A stretch of DNA of 63,806 nucleotides, filler included, from Intoshia linei (Eukaryota > Animalia > Orthonectida), in NCBI GenBank assembly GCA_001642005.1. It is 6 parts of 6 records of this genome, joined end to end, with 100 filler letters (N's around TTAATTAATTAA, not from the genome) between each part and the next. Parts side by side here need not be neighbours in the genome. Positions count along the whole stretch, not along the records: positions 1 to 22,145 come from LWCA01000607.1; positions 22,246 to 32,156 come from LWCA01001324.1; 4 more parts are not named here. One strand, written 5' to 3'. Positions 12,502 to 26,003 of this stretch are shown piece after piece. Under the pieces are notes generated by a model, which saw only the letters and a list, made by a program, of their open reading frames with translations, did not search any database and had not been told where the DNA came from. How positions within the stretch are numbered: the first letter of the stretch is position 1; every line of letters begins with the position of its first letter. The position numbers and the translations under genes are program-made.

Positions 12502-15500
12502 TCACTGTGTCTCTATTGACTGATATTTTTGCGCACTTGTTGTATCATTGTGCAAATTAACAGCCTCCTGTTAAATATACATTATTTTAGAATTAAAAAT
12601 ATTTCACCATGAGTTGAGTTCTCATATAATACGGCTTTTCTGGACTACCATCGTTCATGTTACAGTCTTCGCAGAAACAAAGTAACATTGCGTCAATTGC
12701 AGTCTAGGTTTTTAATGTAAAAAAGTATTCAAATAAGGTACATCATATACTGTAAATATACAATGACCGATGACGTAGGCAAATAAGGACACGATCAATA
12801 GAGGAACCCAATAATTTTCCAATTGTAAATTATTAGTGTCGCTGTTGATGCTATTAAAATCGATACCAAATTTCTAAATATAATTTTATAGTTTTTTCAT
12901 GTTTATACCTGGAACCACGCTACAGAGACAGTGACGCTCAGCGCCACAACACTTAATTTTCCGAGAAATATAACAAAAGCTCCAACCATATTTAAGGCAG
13001 CAACTCGAATAACATTACTGGTGATGATTTGAAATGCCTATTTAAATTGACATTAATTACTTTTTAAATTCACCTTTCGTGCGGCACCACAAAAATGAAT
13101 TGATTCAATAGCTAAATATGTAAAATTAAACTTGTTAAATGATTATAACTAGTTCATTAAGGTTAACCAGTCTAGTGCAGATTTCAAAATATTCATTTTT
13201 TTGACCCGAAAGGAAGGATAAAATATAAATCATTTATGAAAAAATTAAAGGTTTTTTCTCATATTTGGTAAAATCGTTTTTCAAAAAAATATTGGAACAA
13301 AGGAATTTTTCCTTAAGGGTTGGTAAAATTAGATTTTTTATATTGTGGTTACATTAAGTGGATTTTCCCAGGGTGTTTGAAATGGTATTTTTTATTAACA
13401 CTTATGGCACTGTAAATTTTATTAATGGTGAAAAAAAAGTGGAGTTTTTGTAATAATAATGTAGCGGTCGTATAGGCTTTAGGATAAATTCCAAACATCT
13501 GCCAATTCTGTAATAAATATTAAAAATTCTATAAAAATTAATGATAAATTGATAAAAATTTTTTCATGTTTTATTTGAATCTCACGCACCCCATATATAT
13601 CGTTTTGGATTCCTAAGGGTTATAGGAACCCCAAATCTGGAACCACTAGATTATAAGGTATAGGTACAGTGTTTCATTTGTAATTATAAAAATAGATTTA
13701 TTTTCGTTTCTTCACACAAAACTGCGATGATTGCACCTCTCTATGTGTCTGATATTTAGACTCTGATTACACCAGCGTTCACTCTCATTTTTTTAAAGTT
13801 GATGGATGAATCAATGATATTTATTGACCACTCGGCCCTGAAAAAAATACTGGTTAACATCTTGATATATTTAATTATTATAATATTTATTTAACTTGAA
13901 AATTTTTTTTAAACAAATCAATTTATATAGACCAGACATTTTCAACCCTTTTTCTATGTGGACCCCAAAAAAATTATATACATTACATCATTTATTTATA
14001 TAAAATGTAATGTGTGTTACCGTTTATTTAAAAAACCACTTGCTAACACAGTTTTTTAAGAGTGATGCAGAATCGCAAATGTCATTTTACGAAATTGAGT
14101 TCTTCCGAGTCAAAAACCCAATTTTATTATTTTAAAAATAAAATCAGCTCTAAATTTTTAAGAAAACGTATATTCTGAAACGCATTTGAAATTAATTAAC
14201 ATTGTTGTAAATCTAAGCCTCAGAAATTTACGTCTTCATAGTCAAAACCAAAATTACCCCTTTTTTTAAAAATAAAAAAGTTGTAAAATTTTATAAAACA
14301 TAAATTCTGGGATATTTTTGAAAATCATAATCCCTAAAATTGCACTTTTTAACAATCGGTCTACAGTGAAATAAGTTTGGGAACCACTCCTTCATCCAAA
14401 ATTCATGATAGGAAAAAACTCTATACACTATGTACTACAAGTATTTAAAATTTTATTTTTTGTGGGATTCATCTTTTTTACGTTTGTAACTATAATTTGA
14501 TTTGATTGTTTTTAAGATCATACACTCATTGTCTTTAATAAATTGAAAAATCCATCTTAAAATTAAAAAATCAACATTGGCAGAACTAGCTGCTATTTGT
14601 ACGAAGTACATATTCACATGTTCATGAGTATTTAATATATTCACTTAAATTTAGTCTTAATGGAAAATAGATATTAAATTAGATGGTGTTAATTATAAAT
14701 AATTACTATCATTGTGGAAATATCATTTTTTTCTTTATTTTATTTTTGTAAATAATTTAAATTTAATTAAACAAAATTTTTCATGGACCCCAAAAAACTG
14801 TTGTAAACCCCGTTGAGAATAGTTGATTTAGACTATCTATTTAGTAACATTACTTGGCAAGCCTAAATTAAATAAAAACTAATTACCAATAATGACGTAT
14901 GCACTTTTATTAAGAAACCTAATAAATTTTTCCAAGCACCATAAACAACAAATACAACATTTTAACAAAAATTGAGCAACTGGATTTTTAGCAGCGGTAC
15001 ACCTGATAAGATAAAAAAATGAAATGAAATTAAATGTACGTTTCTTTGATATAAGAAAGAATAAATCTAGGAATCGTAACAATTAAAATGACGAGAGATC
15101 CGAGAGCAATTGATCCAATATAATATACAAAAATATTTTTAATTTCACCAAAAATTGAAATATAGACTTTGGATTTATCTCTGAAAATAAAAATTAAATA
15201 AAAACAAAAAAGTTAACCTTTGGAAATACCAAGCTGCAACAACACTTCCAATAATCATTTGTTGACATGATAGAATAAATTCAATCCACCAAATGGTAGC
15301 AAATAAAACAATATACCAAATTACGTAAAATGAATTTGACAGTGTGTAATTAATAATATTTAATTTACCAAGGGATTTCAATGTCGGAGTAGCTGAATAA
15401 AATAAATTTTGAAATTTAATTGTTAATTTAATTTAATTTAATTTAATTTTTTAAAAAAATAAAAAAAACCTGCAGTTCTAATGGCAATCAAAAACACAGC

Positions 15501-17371
15501 ATAAATTAAACAAGTAATTATGAGAACAATTGCAGTCAACAAGGGTTGTATCATTATGGATGGTTTGCTTCTGATAAAATACGAAGTTTCTTTGAATAAT
15601 GCTACCACAAGTAAAAGTTGTTTTCGGATAGCAATTATAATTATCAACAATATGATTGTAGCAATTGTGGCAACAATTGCAAAGCCCAGAATGACATTTT
15701 TATCAGTATCGATATATGGAGAATCCGTACTAGGTATTCTACCAGTCATAATTGCGTACTGCCACCAAAGAAACCCACTCGCTACCAATAATGATAGAAC
15801 ACTCAAAAAAGTGACAGCCCATACCAATATCGGTGTCAGAATATATAATAGAATAATTACAACAAATCCAATCACTAAAATGTACATGTTAGAAATTTAA
15901 AAAGAATTACAAAACGCCAAGCCTGATAAAATTAGAATACTTTGATATGAACCGATGACATCGGCCAATAATCTTTCACCAAAACTTTTCAAACTATTAG
16001 ATTTGAGGAAGGAAGTAAACGCTACAAGTTCAGATGCTTTTGGCACACAACGATTGAAAATTGAATTACTAAAATGTATTAAAATAAATTAAATTGACAT
16101 GAGAATTCAAATATTGCCTGTTCAAAAATTATTTGAATTGGCGCAATTATAATAAATTACAATAATATATTTTTCAAGTATCCTGTTGCCTTATTAACAC
16201 TATGTTATTTTAAAATTTTTACCGCAATTTAATAAATCTTGTCACAGGTAATATTTATCATTATCTATTTCCATGATTGAAAAATTAAATAGAATTTGTA
16301 TAAAAATTTAATCGGAAGAAGATGAGGTATAATATATAATGTATACTCTGGGATTAATATGATGTAAATTAAAAAAATATTGGATACAAGTTAATCTTAT
16401 AAACCAGTGCTTTTCAATCCATTTTGGTTGGCGACACACATTTCAATCTGAAAACTTTTTGCGACACAACCAATGTAAAAATATACTATTGATTCGTTGA
16501 AACGAAATTTTTTCTAATAATAATCTCAAAATAAATATAAAATTACTGCTCCACTATAGATTAAAAATAATTATATATGTAATGTTATTAAAAAAATTAC
16601 ATTTGTATAAACGAGATTTAAATTATTTTTTCATTATTTCAAAAACGATATGAAAAGGTGTATTTGATATTTTATTTATTGATTTTGACTGTAAAATAAT
16701 CATTTTGGTCAATTTAATTTAATCAAATTTAGTGAAAAATAACACTATTTTAGTTTTGTAAAAATTTTATTTGGTCACACAAATTTTAAAAAGTTTAGCG
16801 ACATATCTGGAGATTGGCCAGACACAAATGTGTCGCGACACACCATTTGGAAAGCACTGTTATAAACATACCTAGGATATATAGGGAGAGAGGGACAAGG
16901 ACCTTGAGCTGAATAGTATTTTTCGTCAGTTGGTTTAGCTGTGATATTGTACATGCAATAATCTGTGTAATCCTCAAATGCTGTAATTTGAGAGACTTTT
17001 ATTTTTGGACAGACACTAACACAAAGTTTTACTGCATCGATAGGATTCATCCAGTCATAATACAATACTTTTCTAAATAGAAATAAAATTACAAATTGAA
17101 AAATAACTCTCTGTTTGTTGCATCAAAATTAGACAACCCAGGAATATTAGGTAAATTTGATTTTGTATTGTCTTTACCGCACGTATTTCCAAAACTATCG
17201 AAACCATGCAATATTTTTCCCATATCCGCATATATAGCAGTATATATTGCGCATCCAAACTATATATGATATATTGTTTACAATTAAACTTACCAATCCA
17301 ACATTAAATGTAATGAAAATAATCAAAAATAGAATATCAGTTCTCTTTTTTTCCTTTCTACCGTCTGACAT
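12502..17371 (-). CDS. Choline transporter-like protein (SLC44/CTL family, CTL1-like), multi-exon
   Basis: MSDGRKEKKRTDILFLIIF; GFDSFGNTCG; LCVSVCP; GPCPSLPIYP; WWIEFILSCQQMIIGSVVAAWYF; CCICCLWCLEKFIRFLNKSAY; TAIDAMLLCFCEDCNMNDGSPEKPYYM; stop TGA at 12502-12504. Confidence 0.93.
16405..16859. mobile_element. hAT (Buster-like) MITE in an SLC44 intron; second copy at 62317-62937
   Basis: TIRs CAGTGCTTT / AAAGCACTG; 8-bp TSD TTATAAAC; subterminal GCGACAC motifs. Confidence 0.9.
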
Positions 17372-18133
17372 GTAATTCTTGTTCTAAATGAGTAAATATT
17401 CAAATGATTATAATAATGTTCAGAATGTACAAAAGATTCGATATTATTGATGGCTTCCATGTGGAAAATAAATTAGAAAATTGATTAATCTGCTTAAAAA
17501 AATCTGGTAAATAAATTACACATCTGTAGAAATGTATATCTAAGGTAATGTAATGTAATTTTCAAATTGTTAATTTATTTTTGGTAGTAATTTCATAGAA
17601 TTTACCTATACATATATTTTAATTTTTATGTTTCTGTATATGGTTGTACTAATTAATTTTTGACAATGAAATTTGTTACAGTAGAATATATCATTTTTTC
17701 AAATGATTTTAAAGAATTGGAATAATGGTTTTAGTACTTAACTGATCAATGATCATATTAAATTTTATTTTTTAACATAATATAAATTAAGTTACAAAAC
17801 TTATGAATACATGTACGAGGCACCTATTTATACAAATACACTTGTAATTGCATTTATAATGCAAAGTAGGCTAGTAATATTTTTATCACACACATTTAAT
17901 GATTGAATCCAGAATCTGGATTCCAGGCATCAATAGTTTAAATAACGAACTATTGATTTGCAACTTTTTTCTATCCATGAACTAAATAAATGTTTAGGTG
18001 AAAATTTTATGTAATTGATAATATATTGATATTGATTGATAATATTAACTAGTCGTAAATGTCAACATCACAAACTTACATTTTAAGTTCAAAAACCCAA
18101 ATTATCTTTTTTTTAAAAATAAACCGAGTCCTA

Positions 18134-19181
18134 CAGGGTGTACCCTTTAGAACAGTGCACTTGTCAGGGCGGATCTAATAGGCTAGTTTATGGGGTGCGA
18201 GCGAAGCGAGCAATATATTTTTTAATATTTGAAAAATTTTTTATGGCGTCTGTTTTAATATCAAGGCGTCTAGTTTGATTTTAAAGCGTCTCTTTTAACT
18301 TTATTTAAAGGTTGTTATACAATACTTTCCAATATTGTATTTTTTCGCAAAAATAAAAAAATGATCAGCACAAAAAAAAGAGAAATTAATTTTGTTCATT
18401 AAATAATCATAAATCAATTAGGTCCAGTCTTCTTAGATGAAGTATTGGAAATTCATTAACCAAACTTTCAATATCAAAATTATAGTCATAGTGGCAATTC
18501 ATGAGGGCCAGTCCACATAGACGACTACCAGTCCTTGTTGATCTTAACAAGGTTTTCAATATTCTCAAAATGCTAATGGAGAGTGATTGGCAATGTTGCC
18601 TAAATAATTAAAAGTTAATGAATATTTGCAAACAAATTAGAATTGCAGCTTTCGATTAATTGTATGATAGTGGTCTTTGAATCAAGTTCTTTTTTTTATC
18701 TAATATATTCTGCTTTGAGATCTTCATCTAATGATATGCATGGTAAAAATAATTAATATTTTTCTACGAATTATTTCAAATCTTTAAAATGACTCGTTTT
18801 GAAATAAGTGGGATGTAGGGAAAATTCTTTCAAAAAATTATTTTTGGGGAACAATAAAATCTAAAATTTATAAAAATTTCCCTTCAAATATAGAATCCGT
18901 AAAAATCAATATCATTAACAGTATTAACTCAATTAGCACTCAAGAATTATCTAATGTTTACAAAAATTTATTTTAACGCATTGATTTATGTATCCAATCT
19001 GATGGTGGTCATTTTGAACATTTATTGTAAATTAAATAATTTCAAGTTTTTAATTTTTTTTTAAATACTTTAGATAAATATTCAAATAATTTTATTATTG
19101 AGCAAATTTAATTATTACAGTTTAAATGTTTTTTGATAAACTTTTTATTTTAAAGTGCACTGTTTTAAATGGTACACATTG
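18134..19181 (+). mobile_element. Deleted Tc1/mariner-superfamily element with a nested degenerate hAT fragment (~18166-18900)
   Basis: Imperfect TIRs CAGGGTGTACCCTTTAGAACAGTGCACTT / AAGTGCACTGTTTTAAATGGTACACATTG with TA flanks; residual transposase C-terminus RIDLCIQSDGGHFEHLL* (~18978-19030); minus-strand hAT dimerisation-like remnant (LALMNCHYDYNFDIESLVNEF). Confidence 0.75.
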
Positions 19182-20354
19182 TAGAATTATAGAGATTACA
19201 CAATCTGGTGAAGATTTTAAAATCATTTAAATTATGATAAATCTCAATTTCAAAATGTTATATCTTCACGGCAAAAACTCAAATTACCCTTTTTTTAAAC
19301 AATAAAAAAAATCCTAGAATTTAAAAAAGGTACATATCATACAGTTGTCTCCAGTTAAATAATAAAAAATTTGTCACCTACATTTTGTCAGATTGAAATT
19401 TTTTTAAATTCTAGAGCTGCTTTTATATTTTTTTAAAAAAAATTTTCAATCACTAACTAAATTAAGATTTAAAATATTATGTTTACAAATGTTTTAATTT
19501 AGTCTTTTGATAAAATCTTTAACTACCTATTTCAAACCTTGTTAAAAATGAAACCGTGTCAATTATCCTATACTCTAAAAGATTTTTAGTATACTACTAT
19601 ATTCAGAGGATACATTTTCAATTTGTTGTTGAAAAAATCAGAAGATGCAGTTTACATCTTAAAAAATTAAATTGAAAAAAAGAAAAGACTCGACGGATTC
19701 ACTTAACTTGATTGAATAATGTATCTTCTCAATTTTTAAAAAAAATATTACTTTTTTCAATTCATAACTACCTAAACTGAAATTTGTTTTAATTTAACGA
19801 TAGTTGTGATTTACATCGACAACCATTGTATCATAAATTTTGTAAATTCTAATTGAAATTTTAAAAATTTTAAAAATTTTAAAAAAAACTTTTTAAATAT
19901 TCATTTGTACAATTTCAACTTCTCGCGATCCCTGAGCGGCCACAACCCTGGTTGAGAAACTATGTTCTAATGACACTTTAATCTTTATTTTACATTTACA
20001 TTGTACAAAGATTCTCACATTCACTTACTCGTATTCAGTTTATCATTTGTGAATGTCTTATCTTTACTTGACCCAAAAATGTGTCTGTAATATATCAACT
20101 ACTACAGTATTATAATTTATTAATACAATTAAATTAACAAATTTTTATATACCAAACAATATTTTTCGATTGATCTATTACTAGATATTTCTATTTGAAT
20201 TTGGGCTACATAGCTCGTTCCCTATAAAACAAATGTCATCTGTACTATAGAGATATTAATGACGTAAAGTAGATTGCTATTAATCAATAAATAATATTAA
20301 ACCAAATTATGTTTATTTAGTACACTTTTTTGTGGAATTTTCGTAAAATTTTTG

Positions 20355-20964
20355 ATGAATTACATTATCAAAGCTATTATAATAATACACTTTATTGTGA
20401 TCAAAAATGATGGTAAACTTTAAATTGTAATGAATAATTATTCTCGATTATTTTGAATGAATTGAATTATAATAATAATTATGATTATTTTAAAATTTTA
20501 TAAACATTGATATATTCAATATATTAATTTAGCACGCATCTGTCAAGTTTCGAATGGTCTTGGACGTTCACAAGTTTCTTGTCCAACTAATAAAACGCTA
20601 CCTAGTGAAAAATATTGCTGTGTGTTTGATAATAATGCTCATTGTTGTAATGTATATGATATGATGATGCACAACCAGGACGAAATGCTTTCTGTCATGA
20701 GTTTACCGTATAAAATACTGGATATGATAATTTAACTTTTTTAGTTTAGTTTTTGTTGTATTGATAGTTTTAATAATAATTTGCATTGTTATCAAATTAT
20801 TGAGTGAAAAAAACAAAAACAAAATCAGGACAACTAGACAACCTCAAAGACCATTTTATATTTATTTGCGCAAACCACACAATAGGCTCAATCGGACACA
20901 AAGTAATTTAGTACACACTCAGAGTCATCCCAATTTCTTTCAAAATAATAATCAAGGTAAATAA
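20355..20964 (+). CDS. Small Shisa-like single-pass membrane protein (at least 3 exons)
   Basis: Phase-consistent exons 20355-20412, 20533-20707, 20745-20964: signal-like MNYIIKAIIIIHFIVIKNDA, Cys domain RICQ...VSCP...EKYCCVFDNNAHCCN (C-C-CC-CC), TM LVFVVLIVLIIICIVI, and a basic/Gln/Pro tail. The 3' end may splice onward at 20957. Confidence 0.7.
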
Positions 20965-21814
20965 TCTTTACTTATTTATTTTATTACTTATTATTAAATG
21001 TTTAAGTTAATAAGAATATTGAAGGAAACTGAACTGTGTAGCAAAATTTAATCTGACAGAAAATAAAAATCTAAATTCATTTTTCTAAAAAAGTGCAAAT
21101 TTTCATACAAGTTTTATTTATGCTTATTTTCGGTTTAAGATTTATTCTATTCATCAAAAACCAACAAAGTCATGTATAACGCAATACAATGCATTGACCT
21201 TTAGAAAAACAACTCATTTTTAAAAAAATTGGAGATTATAAAGGGATTGAAACTATCGTATTAATATAATGAGTGAGTTAACTTTGAATTGATAATTTTC
21301 ATTGTCAAGGGTCAGATCTTTGATAATTATAGGGATTAGAAATGAGAGTCTACTTAAATTCAACCATTTTTACTAAAATCAAAATTTACCAACTTTAAAA
21401 GGAAAAATTCCAGTTTTAGCAACTATGAAATGCGATTCTAAAACCGCTCTATTCATTTTGTATATTGAATCAGATCATTTCATACAATAATGATATTCCA
21501 TTTAGTTTACAAAATGATAATTTTAAAGACAAGTTTTTTTCATTAGATAAAATGTTATTACCTTTACCATTATTGAATTGAAAAAGTGTATAGTTTATGT
21601 ATTGTATACTCCGTCTAATAATTATAACAATACTATCATTTTGTTAATAACAATTATATTGTAGATCAAAATTTATGAAAATTGGCATGTTGGACATGCA
21701 CAATTTAAGGTTGTCTTATTAAAAAAATTGAAAAAAAAAACACAATTAACCAAAGTTTTTAATAAAAACGTTAAAAATATAAAAACACGAGTGTCCATAA
21801 ATTATAACAACACA

Positions 21815-22145
21815 ACTGTTTATTAATTATAAGGACTATATATGCTACATGAATATTTCTTTCAATAATAATTGACTTTCCTCCAACATTTAATACTTCG
21901 ATTACACGATTTTTTACAGAATCTGATAGTTTCAAAAACGTTTCATCCAAAATGTCCTCCCATAAATCCATTACAGCTTTTGTTAGTTCATTAATATTGT
22001 TAATATTGTTTATTTCCACCATAGAGACATCGAACCATTATACCCAAATATTTTCTATAGGGTTAAGATCTGGAGACACAGCATGCCAGTCCATAATATT
22101 AAAAAAATGATTATTTAAAAATAATTTTGTCGACCTAGATTTGTG
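21815..22145 (-). mobile_element. Tc1-like transposase 3' fragment (pseudogene), cut by contig end
   Basis: WHAVSPDLNPIENIW* ... LTKAVMDLWEDI...KLSDSVKNRVIEVLNVGG: Tc1 catalytic-E and C-terminal motifs with an internal stop. Confidence 0.85.
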
Positions 22146-22245
22146 NNNNNNNNNNNNNNNNNNNNNNNNNNNNNNNNNNNNNNNNNNNNTTAATTAATTA
22201 ANNNNNNNNNNNNNNNNNNNNNNNNNNNNNNNNNNNNNNNNNNNN
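22146..22245. other. Artificial contig spacer
   Basis: 44 N + TTAATTAATTAA + 44 N; the 12-mer has stops in all six frames. Confidence 0.97.
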
Positions 22246-23361
22246 TATATATATTAGTATATTATTATATATTATATTATACATATATATGCCATTTGAA
22301 ATAATTTTTACAAGATGTTTGAAGTTTTTCAAAATTAAAGAATTTGAATTCAGAAGTTTTAAGACATTGAAATCTTCATCTATTTAAATTTTTGGAGAAA
22401 AATATACATTTTTGACCTTTACTTAAAAACGGTACTAAGAATTTTTTTAATTTTTTTTAAAAAGTACTCCTGAAAGTATGCCAAATCAGAAAGTATTGAA
22501 ATTTTGGATGAGTAATTTTTTTGAACTAAATTTTTGTTTAGACAGGCTGTGTTGCGCTACCGACATAAACAGGAGTTTCAATTATGCGACCTGCGTTATA
22601 ATATACATTTTTTACCCATATTTTTTTTTGACGGTTTTTTATATTGTTTTCATGATTTCTTTATTTATGCTTACAATTTTAGTATTACTTATACAATTAT
22701 TCCATTATTATGTAAATAACACTGTTAGTTTAATAATGGTTTGAGTAAAGATATTTTTTTGTACGGGCCACGCAATAATTTTTTTCACATTTGACCCGCC
22801 ATGAAAATTGATATGACATACCTGGTCATAAGCTATGATGCATGACACGTTATAATAATATTATATTGAAAAAAAATGTCGTTTTGATCAGTATGAATTA
22901 AAGATTAACAAGATATAACATTTTTTATAGTCTCGAGAGCATAAATTTATTTAAAAAATTATGTATTTTGATTGTAGATTGAATTTGTAACGGCCACTAT
23001 TATTTGGTTTGACATCATTTTCAAATATTTGTAAACAACATTGTGTATTAAAGGCTAGATAGCCTTATGATGATAATGAAGTGGATACATTCAAAATTTA
23101 CTACCCACTGTTAGTAAGGTATTTAGTAAAATAACTGGATTAAAAAATCTGAAAAAAAAATTTTGAAGAAAATTACTTTAAAATTACAATCGGCCCATCC
23201 TTGGTGTATTACAAAATAATTTTGATTAATATGTAATAATTGACTTTATTAATATATAATGGTTTTCTAAGGTGATACTATGAAAATTTTTAAATTTATG
23301 ATACGGCCCGCCACGTAGTTGACTTTGAGATGGCGTGTATGTAATATTATATTACGTATTA

Positions 23362-23620
23362 CCAGGGCCGTGAAGACGAGCAGTAACGGTAACAAATGGA
23401 AATTATAAGCCCTTATAAAACATTTTAACAAATGGGACCTCTATACATTGCTTAATCTATCGTTGATTGTCTAAAAATTAAAATTAACTAATTAGTCTGT
23501 TAATAGAACATTATTATTTATTGTATGATAATTGTGGTAGACTTAAGAAATTTTCCAACAATAATAATTTAAAAAAGTAGGCCCGGTCCATATGTACCCT
23601 AGCCCCTCTCCATGGCCCTG
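23362..23620. mobile_element. Putative MITE with CAGGGCC(G/A)TG termini
   Basis: CAGGGCCGTGAAGA ... TCTCCATGGCCCTG inverted ends; related end fragments at ~39110-39146 and ~57265-57305; TSD imperfect. Confidence 0.6.
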
Positions 23621-23865
23621 TATACTACATAAGATTATTCATCTGTTTAAAAACTTGCTTTCATGATATTAACATTAAGTAAAATTACTCTTAAAGTGAT
23701 AATGTTAATTTATTTTTTACATTATAAAATTAATTTAGTCAAAAAGCCTGAAATATTTGCGTTAATCAAACAAAAATCGTCTCGAGAAATGCCATCACCT
23801 CATGTTTATTTTAATTTTATAATCGCGTTAAATTTGAAAAAAATTATTTTAATTTAACCATTTAG

Positions 23866-25687
23866 AATGCAATTGCGACGGACAAAGCTGTAAATAAAAA
23901 ATACATCATATTTGAGGTAGTTCTACCCAACACAAAAAATTTATTTGTCAAATCGACAATCACAAAATCAATTAGAGATACCCTTAAAAATATCGTAAAA
24001 AAATACTGTCAAATGAAAATTGACGATGTTGTTGTATTAATTAAAAAACCTGTAATTTTTATAATTTTATATTTAATTTACAGCCCTGGACGGTGTGATA
24101 TTTTTCTGCCATAACCCCTCATGACATGACTCATTTGTTAGGCCACCCTTTATTATTGTTTTATAATATGTAACCATTTAAAAAATGTATACTTGTCCGT
24201 ACCATTTATGAATCGGACAAGACTCTAATGCAATTATTGTATTGTAAATTGTGTTTAACATATCACATTTAACATAATGTTTAGAACAAAAAATACTCAA
24301 AACCTATTGATAAAGCTACAAATGTTGGAATTTTAAGCAAGTGTAAAATATTAATGGTTCCTTTAAAAGAATACAATTGTATGCTTTATATTTTAAATTT
24401 TATTTAAATATTTAGATGCTTCCAATAATTGTGTTGATAATGGAGATGTAAATTGTGATTCAATTAATATTGTTAAAAAAAACGACAGTATTAATGGTTC
24501 CACGTCGTCAAATATATTCGACGAACAAGCTAAACTAAATTTTTTCGATAATAATGGTGTTTTTGATCCGAAAAAAAAGGTGATTTATTGATTTGTGTGT
24601 TTTCATTAACATTTATATTTAGTCCGCAGAGTAAATACATTTATTTTATAATTTATTGGGCAAAACACGACGTGAATGCCATATCAATATATATACCACG
24701 GTAAAATCATCAATTTTATTGATTCGATATTACTAATATATTTAAAATATTGGTTGACTGAACGAATATTAGTAACTTATACTGATAACTCAGCCACGTC
24801 GTGTTTTATCTTTTACTATTAATGATGAATAATAACAAAAAGTGTCAAAAATTAATTTGTCTTTTTAGAAAAAGACAAACCGTCTAAATTTTATCAAACG
24901 AAATTCTTTTGTGTCAGACAAGAATATAAAATCTGCCATGTTTTCCCTTCGTCGGCCGAAAAAATTACAAGAACCTAAGAAAACTAAAAACGAAAAAATT
25001 TTAAATCCCTGTGAACTAGAACCAGTTGAAGAAGTTTCATTTAAATCTGAAGTTGATATTAAAGATAGTGGCAACATTACCCATACAACAGATGATTTAA
25101 TAACAATGCTCAACAAAATTCAAAAATCTCGATTGAATGACCAAAGAATGGACATAAATTTACTCAAAGATGGCAATCGTAAAAATGTACCCAACGTTCC
25201 AGAATCCGAATCGGTTGATTCTAGTCAAACTACACTTCATTCATTAATCGACAAATATATGGAATCAACTATTTCACTCAACACGGATAGTTATAATTCA
25301 ATTGCTATTCAATCAAATTCTAAAAATGACTCTACCACCTCCCTTTTGAATGTTAAAAAATTTTCATTTTCTGAGAATTGTTTAAGTTCTAATGAAAAAT
25401 ATAATACAAATAGTTATTTGGAACTGGACCAAAATGTTACTCAATTTTCTTCTGAAAAAAATGTCAGTTTATCTGCAGATTTAAATTCTATTCCATATAT
25501 AGATTACTCAAATTGTGTTAATGATCAATGTGTATATTCTGAATCTAACCAAAATTCTCAAAATTTAGTCACTCAATATTGTAGCTCCGTTTCTGCTACC
25601 ACTACCAATATACCAAGTATTAAAAATTTAGATTCAAAATTAACTAAAAATTGTAATGGCATATTTGGTAGACAGAGTTACATTTAG
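23866..25687 (+). CDS. 3' part of an RGS12/RGS14/loco-like protein (Ras-binding domain + GoLoco motif)
   Basis: RBD-like exons (IFEVVLPNTKNLFVKSTITKSIRDTLKNIVKKY; PIDKATNVGILSKCKILMV) followed by GoLoco DDLITMLNKIQKSRLNDQR. RBD plus GoLoco is the RGS12/14 architecture; the RGS domain was not found in this contig. Confidence 0.72.
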
Positions 25688-26003
25688 TTTTGTATATAAT
25701 TCAATATTGTGTAATATATGTTGTAATTGTTGTTCATTTGTATTAAATATTTAATATCATTTTGACTAAATAATAATATCCTTGAAATTATTAATATTTC
25801 TTAGAAATGTTTTGACGTACAAAATTTTTACCAAAGATGTTTGGAATGCAAATTTTGCAAGTCCACTTTCTTTGATCAGAAAATAAAATTATAGATAATT
25901 GATTTTTATGGCACGTCACAAAATTATATTTAAAAATTTCACCAAAAATCATAATAAATAATTAAAATAAATTTTTAGTGGTTTATGGTTTTTTTGTAGA
26001 CTG

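Noticed and set aside
14854-14862. Possible 9-nt microexon (ag|GCTTGCCAA|gt) in SLC44
   Set aside because: Needs a ~24-nt upstream intron and disrupts the conserved AYVIIAI motif; direct splicing already gives the canonical sequence.
22190-22201. Recurrent TTAATTAATTAA palindrome
   Set aside because: Always centred in 44+44 N; assembly linker, not biological.
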